A stretch of DNA of 62,585 bases, filler included, from Collodictyon triciliatum (lineage: Eukaryota), in NCBI GenBank assembly GCA_043381765.1. It is 8 parts of 8 records of this genome, joined end to end, with 100 filler letters (N's around TTAATTAATTAA, not from the genome) between each part and the next. Parts side by side here need not be neighbours in the genome. Positions count along the whole stretch, not along the records: positions 8,258 to 16,415 come from JBHJMP010003562.1; positions 16,516 to 24,671 come from JBHJMP010003563.1; 6 more parts are not named here. The stretch is one strand, 5' to 3'. Positions 12,970-24,771 of this stretch are shown here, in pieces. Position 1 is the stretch's first letter. Every line of letters starts with the position of its first letter. The notes beneath the pieces are model-generated. The model saw only the letters and a program-made list of their open reading frames with translations, made no database searches and was not told the origin of the DNA. The position numbers and the translations under genes were made by a program.

Positions 12970-13289
12970 GGAAAGGTAATCGCTTACCTGTCTACTCTTT
13001 CTTGCAGGGTGAGAAGGAACACCAAAATCAAGGGATTCCTCCGATTCATCTCGTTGACACACCTTTGTTTTAATTGGGGGGTTTAAATCTTCCAAAAAAG
13101 CCGAATTTCATCCCAAGACGAGCATCAATAAAATCAAAAGGGATGAAACAACAGTTCTCAAGTGAAATGTACTACCCTGAGACGGATGTGGTTTTTCTTT
13201 CCAGTGTTCTTTACTGGTGGTGTAAAATAATGAGAAAGGGTTAGCGTAGCGGGCTTCTTCGATAATCAAGCGATTTTAGGTTGATGCTG

Positions 13290-14893
13290 TTGTTGGACAC
13301 TTCGACCGTCTGCGAGTCTGTCTGATCGGACTGTATTTTTGCACTGGGTCGAGCAAGTCGTTTATAACAAGAACAAGGCCCGCAGGCTCACAGATGCGCT
13401 CGCCTCCTTCTTGAAAGCGAATAAACCTTGGGAAGAGTCCATCCAATTGCGCTTACCGGACAGCGAAGGCCTTTGCCTGATCGCCTTCCGCACTGCAGAA
13501 AACGCCCGAAAGCTTCTGGAACTGAAGAAGGTAAGTTTGAGCGATATTATAATCAGCTTCACCAGAAGTAAACCAACAGACCTCGGTGATGCTCTACCAA
13601 CTACCGCTAGACGTGTGGCCGCAACTCCGTGAGGAGCTGAAGCCGTTCAGACCGACCCATGTAGAGATCAAAAAGGACAAAAGCTTCTTCACAGACACGG
13701 CCGTGGTGAAGCTTCTTTGTCACAAGAACCAGCTCCCTGCAAAGTTTACGGTCATGGGCAAAAAGTTTCCAAAGCGCATCCTCAAAGAGCGTCCGCCAGT
13801 CGCGAACAACGAACGACAAGTAAAAGCCCCGCAAAAGAATGCACCTGCCAAGCACACAAGCAGAAACAGGGTCAAGGAAGCCAAGGCCAGGCAAACAACA
13901 GAGCCCGCAAGATTCACAGCAGATACGCGCATACAGCGACAGCGACGATGACATGGAGGGAAATCTCGGTTCCTCTTCAGAATCATATCACTCGAGCCAT
14001 CATCGCCAACACCGGACAATCCCGCACACCGCAAGACCCAAGAGCAGCGCATCCACATACCTCAAAAGAAATCTCCCTTAAACTACCCATTCAGACTGAC
14101 GTGAATATGGTTAACATAGGAGGCCTCAAGGCAGTCTTTGTTACTTATCCGAAAAGTATACTCCAAATCGAAGGCAACACAAGAGCCAGCGCCCACCAAA
14201 GAAGTCCGTTTCCCCTGCCCCACCCCGTCGCACCAAGAACCAAGAGCAAGAGCAAAAAGCACAAGTCGAATCCAAGCTTGGAACTTCACACACCAAAGAC
14301 AGTTTGAGTAAGCAGGAGCGTATGTTTCTAAAACCACAAACACGTAATCATACTCCGGTTAAGCAAAGTCCACCGCTGGCTACGCATGGTCCCGAAACCA
14401 GGGGACGGTCAAGCACCACTTCCGATATTATCAGGCAAACAACGATGTATCGCTTTTTGTCTGAGTCGCCCAGCAAGAAAGCAAGGAAAGTGACCCGTTG
14501 TCCCCTCAAAAGACTCATCCTGTGGAATGAAATAGGATGTAAACCTTGTCTGGGATATTCGGTTGAATGATACTCGTCGGAATCGGTTTGAGAAGTTACT
14601 GCCACGTGCGTACTTTCATCAACCCGACAACTTTATCCGCTCTTCTGTTAGTCTCGAATACAACCAGAAACCGCGTTGGAGCTTAACCACTTCGGGTAGA
14701 ATAGTCTGCGTGTGAAAGAATACTATCTCTTCTCTATCCTGTTTTTTTCTTTTTTTTCTTTCCTTCTTTTTCTTTCCACCGAAAACACAAAAACCCCAAC
14801 CACACAATCCGGGATTTCCACTTTCTCATTCACATCTCGTTTCTTGTCCAAGAGGCGAAGGCGATTTCCTCGGCATTTCTTTCTCTCAATAAA
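13290..14893 (+). mobile_element. Degenerate ORF1 (gag/RRM-like) unit of an L1/Tx1-like non-LTR retroelement with 3' region ending at AATAAA; probably ORF1-only (HAL1-like)
   Basis: Frameshifted, intronless reading frame LSDRTVFLHW..LCLIAFRTAENARKLLELKKVSL..ISF / VMLYQLPLD..LREELKPF..FFTDTAVVKL..LPAKFTVMG (RRM-like LINE ORF1 pattern), then a basic/Ser-rich tail ending TGA at 14528-14530. 14365-14893 is repeated, diverged, at 24772-25288. The 5' boundary is uncertain. Confidence 0.65.
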
Positions 14894-14916
14894 CAGTCAA
14901 TTGTAAACATAAAACC

Positions 14917-15569
14917 AATAGGGAGCTATGGATAGGCACACGCGCGGCAAAAGCTGGCAAAGTCACCCAACAATGCACACTTTGCAGCAACAGTGATGAA
15001 TTCATCGAGCACACATTTGTGCAATGTCCCTTCGCTCAAAACCTGCGCGAAACAGCCGGCGAGATTCTTCGACTGACACTCAAGACGGCTGCGGCTGTTG
15101 GCCCAATCCAGGCGATATTTTTGCCTCTGCAACAGCTGCGTCCAGATGCAAAAACATTCTGGGCAGTGATACGAGGCCATTTGCTATGGACTATGCGTAT
15201 AGCGCGCATATACTCACGCAAAGCAAGACTCAACAACCAGCCACTCATTCCTGATAACAGGCTGAATGACATCATACAAATCTCTTTCCTCAACAGCTTC
15301 CTTAGCCACCTGCACGTTCTCTAATAATCAGACCCTGTGAGAAGAGACATGTGGAAATGAGCTGAGAAGGATATTAAACCTCGCCCTTGTATCTCTCATG
15401 CAAGCACAAGACCCAGGCTATTGGCCAAACCGCAGGATGCAATTCCTGATTACCGACTACTTCTCCGCCACCCGGCCCCCAAGTAGCGTCCATGCAAACG
15501 ATGGCTAGCGAACCAAACCCAGCATCTCCACCATCCTGCACAAAATTGAAAGGAAGAATAAAAAAAAAA
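14917..15569 (+). mobile_element. 5'-truncated L1/Tx1-like LINE: ORF2 C-terminus (zf-RVT), short 3' UTR and poly(A)
   Basis: RELWIGTR..QCTLCSNSDEFIEHTFVQCPFAQ is the CxxC..E..H....C zinc knuckle typical of L1-clade ORF2, followed by FWAVIRGHLLWTMRIAR. Ends GAAGAAT(A)n at 15560-15569. The 3' part recurs at 37143, 37624, 40964 and 53918. Confidence 0.8.
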
Positions 15570-15622
15570 TTATTATGATGGCAATTAAAAAAAAACTATT
15601 TCTGACTATTTTATTTTTTGCT

Positions 15623-16248
15623 TTATAAGTCGTGTTCAGGTTTGCGCCCCGCAGCCGGGTCCTCCGCAGCCGGCAAGTGTATCCCGACCGCCCCAAGGGC
15701 ATCGCGAACCCACTCGGGGTACGTATGGCCGGGGTGAATCCTTGCGAGGGTCTCTGCCACAAACTCCTTGAATCTGCCGTCCACAATGGCCGCGCGGATC
15801 TGGCGCATGAGCAGAAAGTGATGCGCAAGATTGTGGTACGTCAGCAGGCGCGTCGCAATAGACCCGGTGTGGTGGGCATCCGGCCCGGAAGCAAGCATGG
15901 CGTGGAGCGAGGCGCGGGTGTACTGCGCGCACACTGTGCAGATGCAGTGCGCATCGAGAGGCCTCAGGTCGGCCTTGAAGTCGGCCTTGCCCAAGGACAG
16001 GAGGCCCTCGCGCACAATGGCCGTGCCGAATCGTGCCGTGCGGCACGGGTAGACGCAGTCGAACATGTCCACGCCCAGGGCCACGCACACGAGCAGGTCC
16101 ACGGTGTAGCCGACGCCCATGAGGTAGCGCGGCAGGTGGGGCGGCAGGCGCTGCGTGCAGCGGAAGACCGTTCTCCAGAATGCATCCTTGGCCTCTCCTC
16201 CCGATAGCCCGCCGATGGCCAGGCCCAGTGGCCGCCGAGCAACAATCC
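15623..16248 (-). CDS. QTRT1: Queuine tRNA-ribosyltransferase catalytic subunit, last exon (5' part lost at contig end)
   Basis: AIGGLSGGEAKDAFW..PRYLMGVGYTVDLLVCVALGVDMFDCVYPCRTARFG..HCICTVC..YTRASLH..LLTYHNLA; acceptor AG at 16249-16250. Confidence 0.95.
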
Positions 16249-16311
16249 CTGCGTTGTGGGGAGGGCTGGTTACTCACCCGGCCGGTTTTGGTGGATGTCT
16301 TTTTTTTTGTT

Positions 16312-16415
16312 TTTTTGTGTTTTATGTGTTTTATGTGTTTTATGTGTTTTATGTGTTTTATGTGTTTTATGTGTTTTATGTGTTTTATGTGTTTTATGTG
16401 TTTTATGTGTTTTAT
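16312..16415. repeat. (TGTGTTTTA)n tandem repeat in a QTRT1 intron, at contig end
   Basis: Direct inspection. Confidence 0.95.
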
Positions 16416-16515
16416 NNNNNNNNNNNNNNNNNNNNNNNNNNNNNNNNNNNNNNNNNNNNTTAATTAATTAANNNNNNNNNNNNNNNNNNNNNNNNNNNNN
16501 NNNNNNNNNNNNNNN
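16416..16515. other. Artificial contig spacer
   Basis: 44 N + TTAATTAATTAA (16460-16471) + 44 N. Confidence 0.98.
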
Positions 16516-16547
16516 CCTGTCTTCGTCGCTCCTGCTCGTCTCTATGG

Positions 16548-16658
<111 letters not shown>

Positions 16659-16753
16659 GTTAATTCGCTTCTCTGTTCTGCTCTTCCTCCCCTTCTCTGT
16701 TCCTCCTTGCTCCATGTCAGCCACACAACCCTCACCGAATCCCCGGCCCACAG

Positions 16754-17165
16754 GCAGACGCACCCGACTGCAACCGGATTCCTGCAGCCGACCTGATCGG
16801 CGTCACTGTGGTGCTTCTCACGAGCAAGTTTCAAGGCCAGGAGTTTCTGCGCATCGGCTACTACGTGGCCTGCGAGTACGAAGACGAGGAGCTGAGGCTC
16901 AACCCACCCGAGATCCACGTACGCCGCCTTTCCCCGTCGCCTGCCTTCCTCTTGCTCTCTTTCTCGCTTGCCTTGCCGTGCCTGCTTCAACAAGCCAACC
17001 AACTAGTCAGTGAGTCGGTTTCTGTTCGCACACCAGGTGCCCGAGAAGCTGACACGCAACATCCTGAGCGACAAGCCCCGCGTCACGCGCTTCCTCATCG
17101 ACTGGAACACGGCAAAGCCCACCGCAGGCGCAGCTGGCAACCAGGAGACGGAGCCGTCTGCATAG
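16754..17165 (+). CDS. ASF1: Histone chaperone ASF1, last two exons (16754-16918, 17037-17165)
   Basis: ADAPDCNRIPAADLIGVTVVLLTSKFQGQEFLRIGYYVACEYEDEELRLNPP|..LTRNILSDKPRVTRFLIDW; GT/AG boundaries in phase. Confidence 0.95.
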
Positions 17166-17424
17166 GCTGCATTCCTCCTTTCTTCCTTTCCTCCTTTACT
17201 CCTTTCTTCCTTCCACCCTTCTCCACCTGTTGCCCCGCTTCTCTGTCTATACCGCGCCACAAACTCCCAACAGCACACCGTGTAACCCAACCTTGCAATT
17301 ACTAAAGGCAAAACTGAACCGACATGCTGGGCACAAGTCCGTTGTGTCTCGGGGGAGTTTTTTCTTTGATTTCCACGAGCTTTTTTATTGCCTTGTCTTC
17401 TGAATGTTTGCGTCCTGCTTCGAT

Positions 17425-18727
17425 CTAAAAAGTCTCCTCCACTTCGCCGTCGTTGACGTTGTCGTTGGCGTTGTCGTTGTCATCTCCATCGCGTCCGGTG
17501 TCCTTCTCTTCAACACCTTCGCCGTCCTCTTCGGCCCCATCCGCCTTATCAAGCATGGCCAGCAGTAGCTCTTCGTTTTCATTCCGCAGCACTTCGAGCA
17601 GGTCGCGTTTCTCTTGCAGTTCCGCGGACAGCATCCTCACCGATTCCTCCATCGACTAGAGAACGAGTCCAAGAAAACACACCGACGAAAGTCGCGCATT
17701 AATCGGGTTGACACATCCCTCGAACAAACACGCAAGATAAAGTAAAACAAAGTAAAACAAAGTAAAACAAAGTAAAACAAAGTAAAACAAAGTAAAACAA
17801 AGTAAAACAAAGTAAAACAAAGTAAAACAAAGTAAAACAAAGTAAAACAAAGTAAAACAAAGTAAAACAAAGTAAAACAAAGTAAAACAAAGTAAAACAA
17901 AGTAAAACGAAGTAAAACAGCAGCATCAATATGCCGCGTTAGCATCGGCCTATCGCTTGATACAAATATTGTCCAGCACAAAAAAGGTTACCAGAATGGA
18001 AGCCTCATCCGCTGTGTTTCCCTCGACTTTTTGGAGCTGTGACTTGCATCCCAGGAGCCTTTGGTGGAGCTCTTCAACCTGATGTAGACCCAAAACACAT
18101 TCATGAGGCATAAACGACACAAACACAACCCAATTGTTGTCAAAGATATTCCCGAAAAAGCCGAAAACAAAATGTTTTTTTTTTCAATCACTGTGTATTT
18201 TACTCTCTGCGCAGCCTTTTCCTCCGACTCCTTTGATTCGCTTAATATCTCCTCCAACCGAGCATTTGTAGCCACCATAGCGGACATTTCTTTGCTCAGC
18301 TAAGGTTTAATATCTCCTTTATTTAATCTTTCTGAAGAAAAGAAATATATGAAACATGATTTTTTTTTTATTAGCCAAGACCTACTGTTTTATTTTGGTA
18401 TACTGCTTTTTTTCTTTTATAAAAAAAAAACCTGTTCAATGGTAATTTCATAATCCTCCAACTTAAAAGTATCACGCTTCTCCTGCAGTCGCGCAATCTC
18501 AGCCTCAATCACCATGCATGTTTCCGCCTCGTCAAGAAGTTGCTGTTTCAAACGCTCCATATCTTGATGGCTCACACCTCTTTGAGGCTTGAGCTGCTCT
18601 GATACCGAAACTTTTTGTCGCAGTTCATTCAGCTCTCGGTCCTACACAGCCCAAATAAAAACAGAAAATATCGTGTTCTTGACTAACTCAGAAATAAATA
18701 ACATGCCAATAAACCATTGTTAAGTAA

Positions 18728-18775
<48 letters not shown>

Positions 18776-21700
18776 AACGAATTACCACAGTGTTGTTGCG
18801 AGCATAAATACCATTTACCTGACTCTGTATAATGTCGCTGTATGAGCGAACCATGCCTGCTAAAGTAGAGTCTTCCGACGCCAAAGAGACACCTTGCGGA
18901 ACGTGGGTTCTCAGAGTTTGTCGCATCTCCTGTAATTTCCTCCTCACACGTTCTGTACTCACCAAAAGTAATAATTAATTTTTGAAAAAAATCATGAAAA
19001 AGAAAAGGTATCTGATGAAAAATGTCTTTGGATGGAACAGCGGCGTCTATATATGTATATGTGTGTACTTTTAATCCATCTTACCATATAGCTGTTTCGA
19101 GGCAACAACAAACGAGAGTGCAAATATCTCATATATACCGACAGATTCCACTCGGAAATTCGTCCGCCTCTGTGTGGTGGGCATTCAACATTAAATAATA
19201 AGCGTGCTTCATCACACAGCGCATCTTGTTCAGAGTGGATCAAAAATCATACCTTGGCATTTTCAAATGCGCCACTACGACAAAGATTATCTAGACTCTC
19301 GTAAAAGATTTCAAGTCCGATTTTATTGTCTATGATTTCCATCACTGACCGACTGACAGTTTGGAAACGGTCAGCGTTAGGCAACGGGTAGGATAGTATT
19401 AAAATATTTTAATTGTTTCCTTTAATTCCAATAATACCATAGCGAAGTATCCACGCACGAAGGTTAAAAGAAAACTAAAATTTTATTCCTTGTGGCAGTA
19501 TATCCGGATGTTTTCGAATCATGTGAGTTGTTCCCGCTCAAGGTACAACAATAAGAGATTTGTCATACCTGCAGGTGTCTGACGTCTCCGGTGCATCATT
19601 TGCATCCATCAATATGGCTAGTAACAGGCAACTTAGTCCTGAAATGTAATCAGTAAAATTGCCTACATGTTCGCTCGATTCAGGTTTCTTGACCGACAGT
19701 CGTACAAGGTCCATGCACTTAATACATGGGTATGAATTTTAAAATTAGATAATATTCTTACTTTGGGTTTATTTACACACATCGGAACAATATACTAGTT
19801 GTAATCACCATAATACCGTACACGGGCAAGGGCTATGCAATATTTAATGAATGAGATGATACCTTGCCAATATTTACTGGTGTTTGAAGGAAGCTTGCAA
19901 TAGCATTTGGACATTGTATCATCCATGCACAAAGCACGATGAACATGTTGATAATTCTGATTTCCTCAGGAGACATCATACTACCATATTGTAAATGTTC
20001 TTCTGTCATCTAGAGATGTATCAGTCAATTAAAGTCTGTACCATACATGAATGAAATTTAAAGNNNNNNNNNNNNNNNNNNNNNNNNNNNNNNNNNNNNN
20101 NNNNNNNNNNNNNNNNNNNNNNNNNNNNNNNNNNNNNNNNNNNNNNNNNNNNNNNNNNNNNNNNNNNNNNNNNNNNNNNNNNNNNNNNNNNNNNNNNNNN
20201 NNNNNNNNNNNNNNNNNNNNNNNNNNNNNNNNNNNNNNNNNNNNNNNNNNNNNNNNNNNNNNNNNNNNNNNNNNNNNNNNNNNNNNNNNNNNNNCTGAGC
20301 TCGAGCTCCAAAGAGCTTTGGTTAGATGGTTCATGTATGGCTTTGAGTGTAAGGTTTTGGCTGTAAAAATTAACATTGTTTTTAGAAGTATTTCTTTCAT
20401 TTTCACCCCATTACGTACTTATCGTGGATAAAAAACATTGAAAAGAAATCAACGATATGTAACATGATTTTTTTCTCATCAAAACCGATACATATATACT
20501 AAATACTGCATGATAGAGATATTGTCTTCTCTAATTTCTTACAAGATAGTTTAAGGCGCAGGAGCATTTCCTTAACATCTGGATTATTTGTGCACATCCA
20601 CCCAAATATACCAGATGAATACCTAAGTTTTGATAAATTCATATGGAATGAGCTGAGATATATCCCCTCCATTCTTCTTTTTACATATCTATTTACCAGA
20701 AAAAAATACAACGCTTTTAAAGTTATCAGGATTATAGTGATTATAACCATGGATGAAGTGGGTGATTTGATTCAGTCACGCCAAACAGCAAGCGCTCCCC
20801 AGCACTCAAAGCCGCTGTCTTCTTTGCTGTTTTTTTTTTTTAAAGAGGTAAAAACACAAATTTACCTATCATAATGTTTGGTAATAGCTCTGTGATAGAA
20901 TATTGACATACACATAGTAGCATGTCCCAAATAAGCTGTCATCAATGATGCCATCATCGATAGCTGGTTTTCAGGATTATCGACCAAAAATACCTGAGAA
21001 AACAATCAAGCGAATACAAAAATTAATCTGAATTTATATATAGCTACTTATTCATTTACAAAATTTGAGCATTTACTATATGAGAAATGGCTTTGGTTGA
21101 GTTTTTAACCAACCTCAAATATATCCAAAATGCATGCACATTCTTCAATACTATTTGAATTGAAGAGAATATCCAAGAGCTGCATAGGGGATTCTACACT
21201 TTCATCATTCTGTAAAATTGCGTGATAGGACCGAAGAGCTGCTTGATTTGGAGAGTGCCCTTTGATTATGATGGCGATGCAGTTGAGGCACTTTTTTTTT
21301 TTCAGCCATCCATGATACACCACGAGAATAGTTTGCGTTAATACGGGAAAGGATAACACATATATTTGGGCAATGTAACACTAATTTGCAGTGTCGGGTT
21401 CTCACCTTAATGCGAAATTGTGGATTTTCATATGGCGAGAGTGCAAGATGAAGAATTTTGGTCACAATATCGTTCTTTTTTATCTGATCCTGTTTTCCAA
21501 TTAAAAAGTTAAGGGGAAACAAACAAACAAACAAACAAACAAACAAACAAACAAACAAACAAACAAACAAACAAACAAACAAACAAACAAACAAACAAAC
21601 AAACAAACAAACAAAAGTATGACTCGTCAATCTTCAAAACCATCTTACAAAAATAATAGTAAAAATGATGTGATAGCCAGTTGCGTAGACACTTATATTA

Positions 21701-23864
21701 AGTTATATATAAATTAACTTATGTTAATCGAAAACATTAAAGTCCACCTGAACAGGTACCGGGGTTGGCTGGGATTGTATAGTCAATATTTCTAGTAGAT
21801 TGAATATGACAGATAGAATGTTGACCTATTTTGAATGATGCCTTAGAATACTGTCCGCATATTTATGGTTGTCATTAATATGTCAATACTTTATCCAAAA
21901 AGAGAAAAAAACTAGAAGTGCATACCTTATTTTCTGAAAAATCGTGAATATTATTTGGGGTTTGTAACAAATTGGCGATATTTTTAAAATATCCCATTTC
22001 TCTAAAGTATTTCTAATAATTAAATACAAATTAAGATAGATAAAATAAAAATTGAGCATTCAAAGAGATATTTAGAATCTCTTTGTAAAGCAATTAATTA
22101 CATTTCATGACCATGATTATAAAAATTTAGATAGTTCATCACCTGATTGTTCGAATTATCTCTCAACATATTGGTCATCAAGACTAACGTATCTACTACG
22201 ACAATCCCTCCATCTAAGCCACTTATGTATTTGTATGTCATGTCAACATTATTTTTTTATAAGAAATATCATCAACTGATGCCTTGTAATATACCCCCAT
22301 ACAAATAGGAGAAACAACTACATACCCTTCCGAGGTAATGATTCTAATCAAATGGTCAATTACACCATTGAAAACAACTATTTTCTGAATCTCCTCATTT
22401 TGGTCCGTAAGTGATGTAACAAGTAAAAGAAGATCTGCAGTTGGAACATATAACGAAAAAGAAAACAAATTTTAAAAAAGATGATCCATGAATGGATTCA
22501 GCCGCCACCTCTGAAAAGATATATTGAAAGTACGTATATTGTACCATCTACCATTTCTGATGACCTCGTTTCGGTCATTTAGTGCATCGACGAGACGAAC
22601 CACGCCTTGGAGGGATTTCATGATAGTTTCCTGAACAAGTTCTTTGTTTCCTTCCAACAAACTTCTCAGTATTTGAATTACGTTATACTTGACGTGGAAA
22701 TCTCTTAGCTCGAGCAAATTGAGGAGGGCATTAATCACTCCGACATCCTATGTTGATAAAAGTGAAGATCATATTTTATACTAATATTATGCTGCCGGGT
22801 TTCTCTTTCTCTCGCTACTCTGATAGTATATTGATATAAGAATAATCTCAAACGTAGAAAACAAGCGATATGTGGGTGAATATATACATACAAAATCAAA
22901 TATGTAAACATATTGGTGAACCTTTGATAAATCTTTGGAGTTGATTGTGTAGTAATGAAGCATATCCTTGTGGGCCTTAATTGGTCAATGCAAAAAACAT
23001 AAAATAAAACAAGTTCGTCAGATCGAAGCAGAGGAAGGAAGCTTGTGCGGAGGTTTTCACACAAAATTGGGGAAGGCAGAAATAAGTGCCCAATACCGGA
23101 TTTGTGGGGCGGCTTATGAATATCATGAGCATCTCAAGAATGGGATTGATAAAGTTGGGCATCGTTTCCCCGGAAAGGAGAATGTCAATCAGCACAGGCA
23201 GGGACGCGTCTACAAAGTTCTTTAGACGAGAGACAGACGTATTTCAATACACAGAACACATGGCAAGACATACAGAGAAGCAAAATGGAAGCTTGATGCA
23301 TAGAGAAGGATCGTGAGGGAGAAAAAGGAAGTGAGAAGACGGAAATGAATCAGAGAAAGAGAGGGAGGGAAAAGAAAAAAAGAGCAGAGAAAGGGAAGGG
23401 AAGGGAAAAGAAAAGCGAACCTGCTGGACAAGCAGTTGGGCGGCCTCGTGGAGATTGGCCAAGGCGGATCCGCGTTCGTCGGGGCGTCTGCAGGCAGCGA
23501 TTGCGGCAACGACTCTGTCGCTCAGGGGCGTCTGCGGAGTCGTGTAAACGCGGGGCGGCGCCGGAGATCGGGGCTGCGGCTGAGCGACGAATGAGCGCGG
23601 CAGTGCGGGAGACGCAGACACAGACGGAGACGGAGACGGAGACGGAGACGGAGACAGAGTTGCAGAGGCAGAGGCAGAGGCAGAGGCAGACGGGGCCGAG
23701 TGTGGGCGATCGCTGCTGCGCGGAGAGAGAAGTGTGCCGAGCGTTGCAGAGAGGGCGCCCGAGGCGTACGAGGCGAGGTCACCGGCCGGGGCGGACGCGG
23801 GTGTTTGGCCGGGGCTGTGCTGCGGTTCGGGCAGCGGCGCAAGCAGGTTGGCCAGGAAGTTCAT
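17425..23864 (-). CDS. USO1: General vesicular transport factor p115/USO1; multi-exon, spans a 231-N scaffold gap
   Basis: Starts MNFL. Armadillo head motifs LLNLLELRDFHVKYNVIQIL..GVVRLVDALNDRNEVIRN|DLLLLVTSLTDQNEEIQKIVVFNG..IITSEG|GLDGGIVV..NMLRDNSNNQ|KYFREMG, coiled-coil exons, and C-terminal ENEELLLAMLD plus acidic tail. Confidence 0.9.
17738..17918. repeat. (AAAGTAAAAC)n in the last USO1 intron
   Basis: Direct inspection. Confidence 0.95.
20064..20294. other. Intra-scaffold N gap (no linker) inside USO1
   Basis: Run of 231 N without TTAATTAATTAA. Confidence 0.95.
21517..21613. repeat. (AAAC)n intronic microsatellite
   Basis: Direct inspection; the same motif occurs at 25626-25727. Confidence 0.95.
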
Positions 23865-24129
23865 TGCCCTGAGAGGGAGCGAAGGGGGTGGAAGGTGGGT
23901 TGGGGAATGGAAACAGCAACGGGAGCGGAAAGGGGCAGGAGAGTCCAAAGAGCAGAGGGAATGAGGCCAACGAGCAATGCCGCTGCCTGATTCACAGCGG
24001 CCTTGTCGTCGCAAACAGCGCACGCCGCGTCTCTCTGATCGCTGCTGCCTTGCCTTGCCTTGCCTTGCCTTGCCTTGCCTTGCCTTGCCTGTTTGCCAAC
24101 GCCGCAGCCCCTCCACAGAGCCCGGACGC

Positions 24130-24360
24130 ATGCGGCGCCGCCTGTCGCTCGTGCCCGACCTTCCTCCCGACGCGGCTGCCACGCTCCTCGGCCGTCCGCC
24201 CCGGCTCCGCGCTCTGGCGTGCTTTGCGCTCAGCTCGCACCCCGAACCCTGGTCGCTGCCCCGCTGTGCATGCCTCCTGCTGCTCGAGGCTGCTGCCCGC
24301 GTGGCCCTCGGCCTGGCCTTCCTGTCCCACCTGCTCCGTGGCCTGCTGTCCTGGCTGGCT
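24130..24360 (+). CDS. Possible first exon of an unknown (membrane?) gene divergent from USO1
   Basis: ATG at 24130, 77 open codons ending in hydrophobic ARVALGLAFLSHLLRGLLSWLA, then canonical donor GTGAGT at 24361; the rest is lost at the contig end. Confidence 0.35.
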
Positions 24361-24374
24361 GTGAGTGGGGCGCA

Positions 24375-24671
24375 CATATCCACATATCCACACATCCACA
24401 CATCCACATATCCACACACATCCACACATCCACACATATCCACACATCCACACATCCACATATCCACACACATCCACACATCCACACATCCACACATCCA
24501 CACATCCACACATCCACACATCCACACATCCACACATCCACACACCCACACATCCACACATATCCACACATCCACACACCCACATATCCACACACATCCA
24601 CACATCCACACATCCACACATCCACACATCCACACATCCACACATCCACACATCCACACATCCACACATCC
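24375..24671. repeat. (CACATCCA)n-type tandem repeat at contig end
   Basis: Direct inspection. Confidence 0.95.
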
Positions 24672-24771
24672 NNNNNNNNNNNNNNNNNNNNNNNNNNNNN
24701 NNNNNNNNNNNNNNNTTAATTAATTAANNNNNNNNNNNNNNNNNNNNNNNNNNNNNNNNNNNNNNNNNNNN
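24672..24771. other. Artificial contig spacer
   Basis: 44 N + TTAATTAATTAA (24716-24727) + 44 N. Confidence 0.98.

Noticed and set aside
14376-14420. GCATGGTCCC resembles the start of the HDV ribozyme
   Set aside because: No compatible P1/P3/P1.1 pairing or J4/2 follows, and the segment reads as ORF1 coding sequence in both copies.
14431-14464. Hairpin cag[g/a]caaa..tttgtctg with apparent G-U/A-U variation between copies
   Set aside because: The change is a synonymous AGG/AGA in the ORF1 frame, so coding constraint explains the conservation.
23244-24727. Long overlapping ORFs (473, 248, 225 and 219 aa)
   Set aside because: These are artefacts of GC-rich DNA and the CACATCCA repeat; only the USO1 first exon and possibly 24130-24360 are credible.
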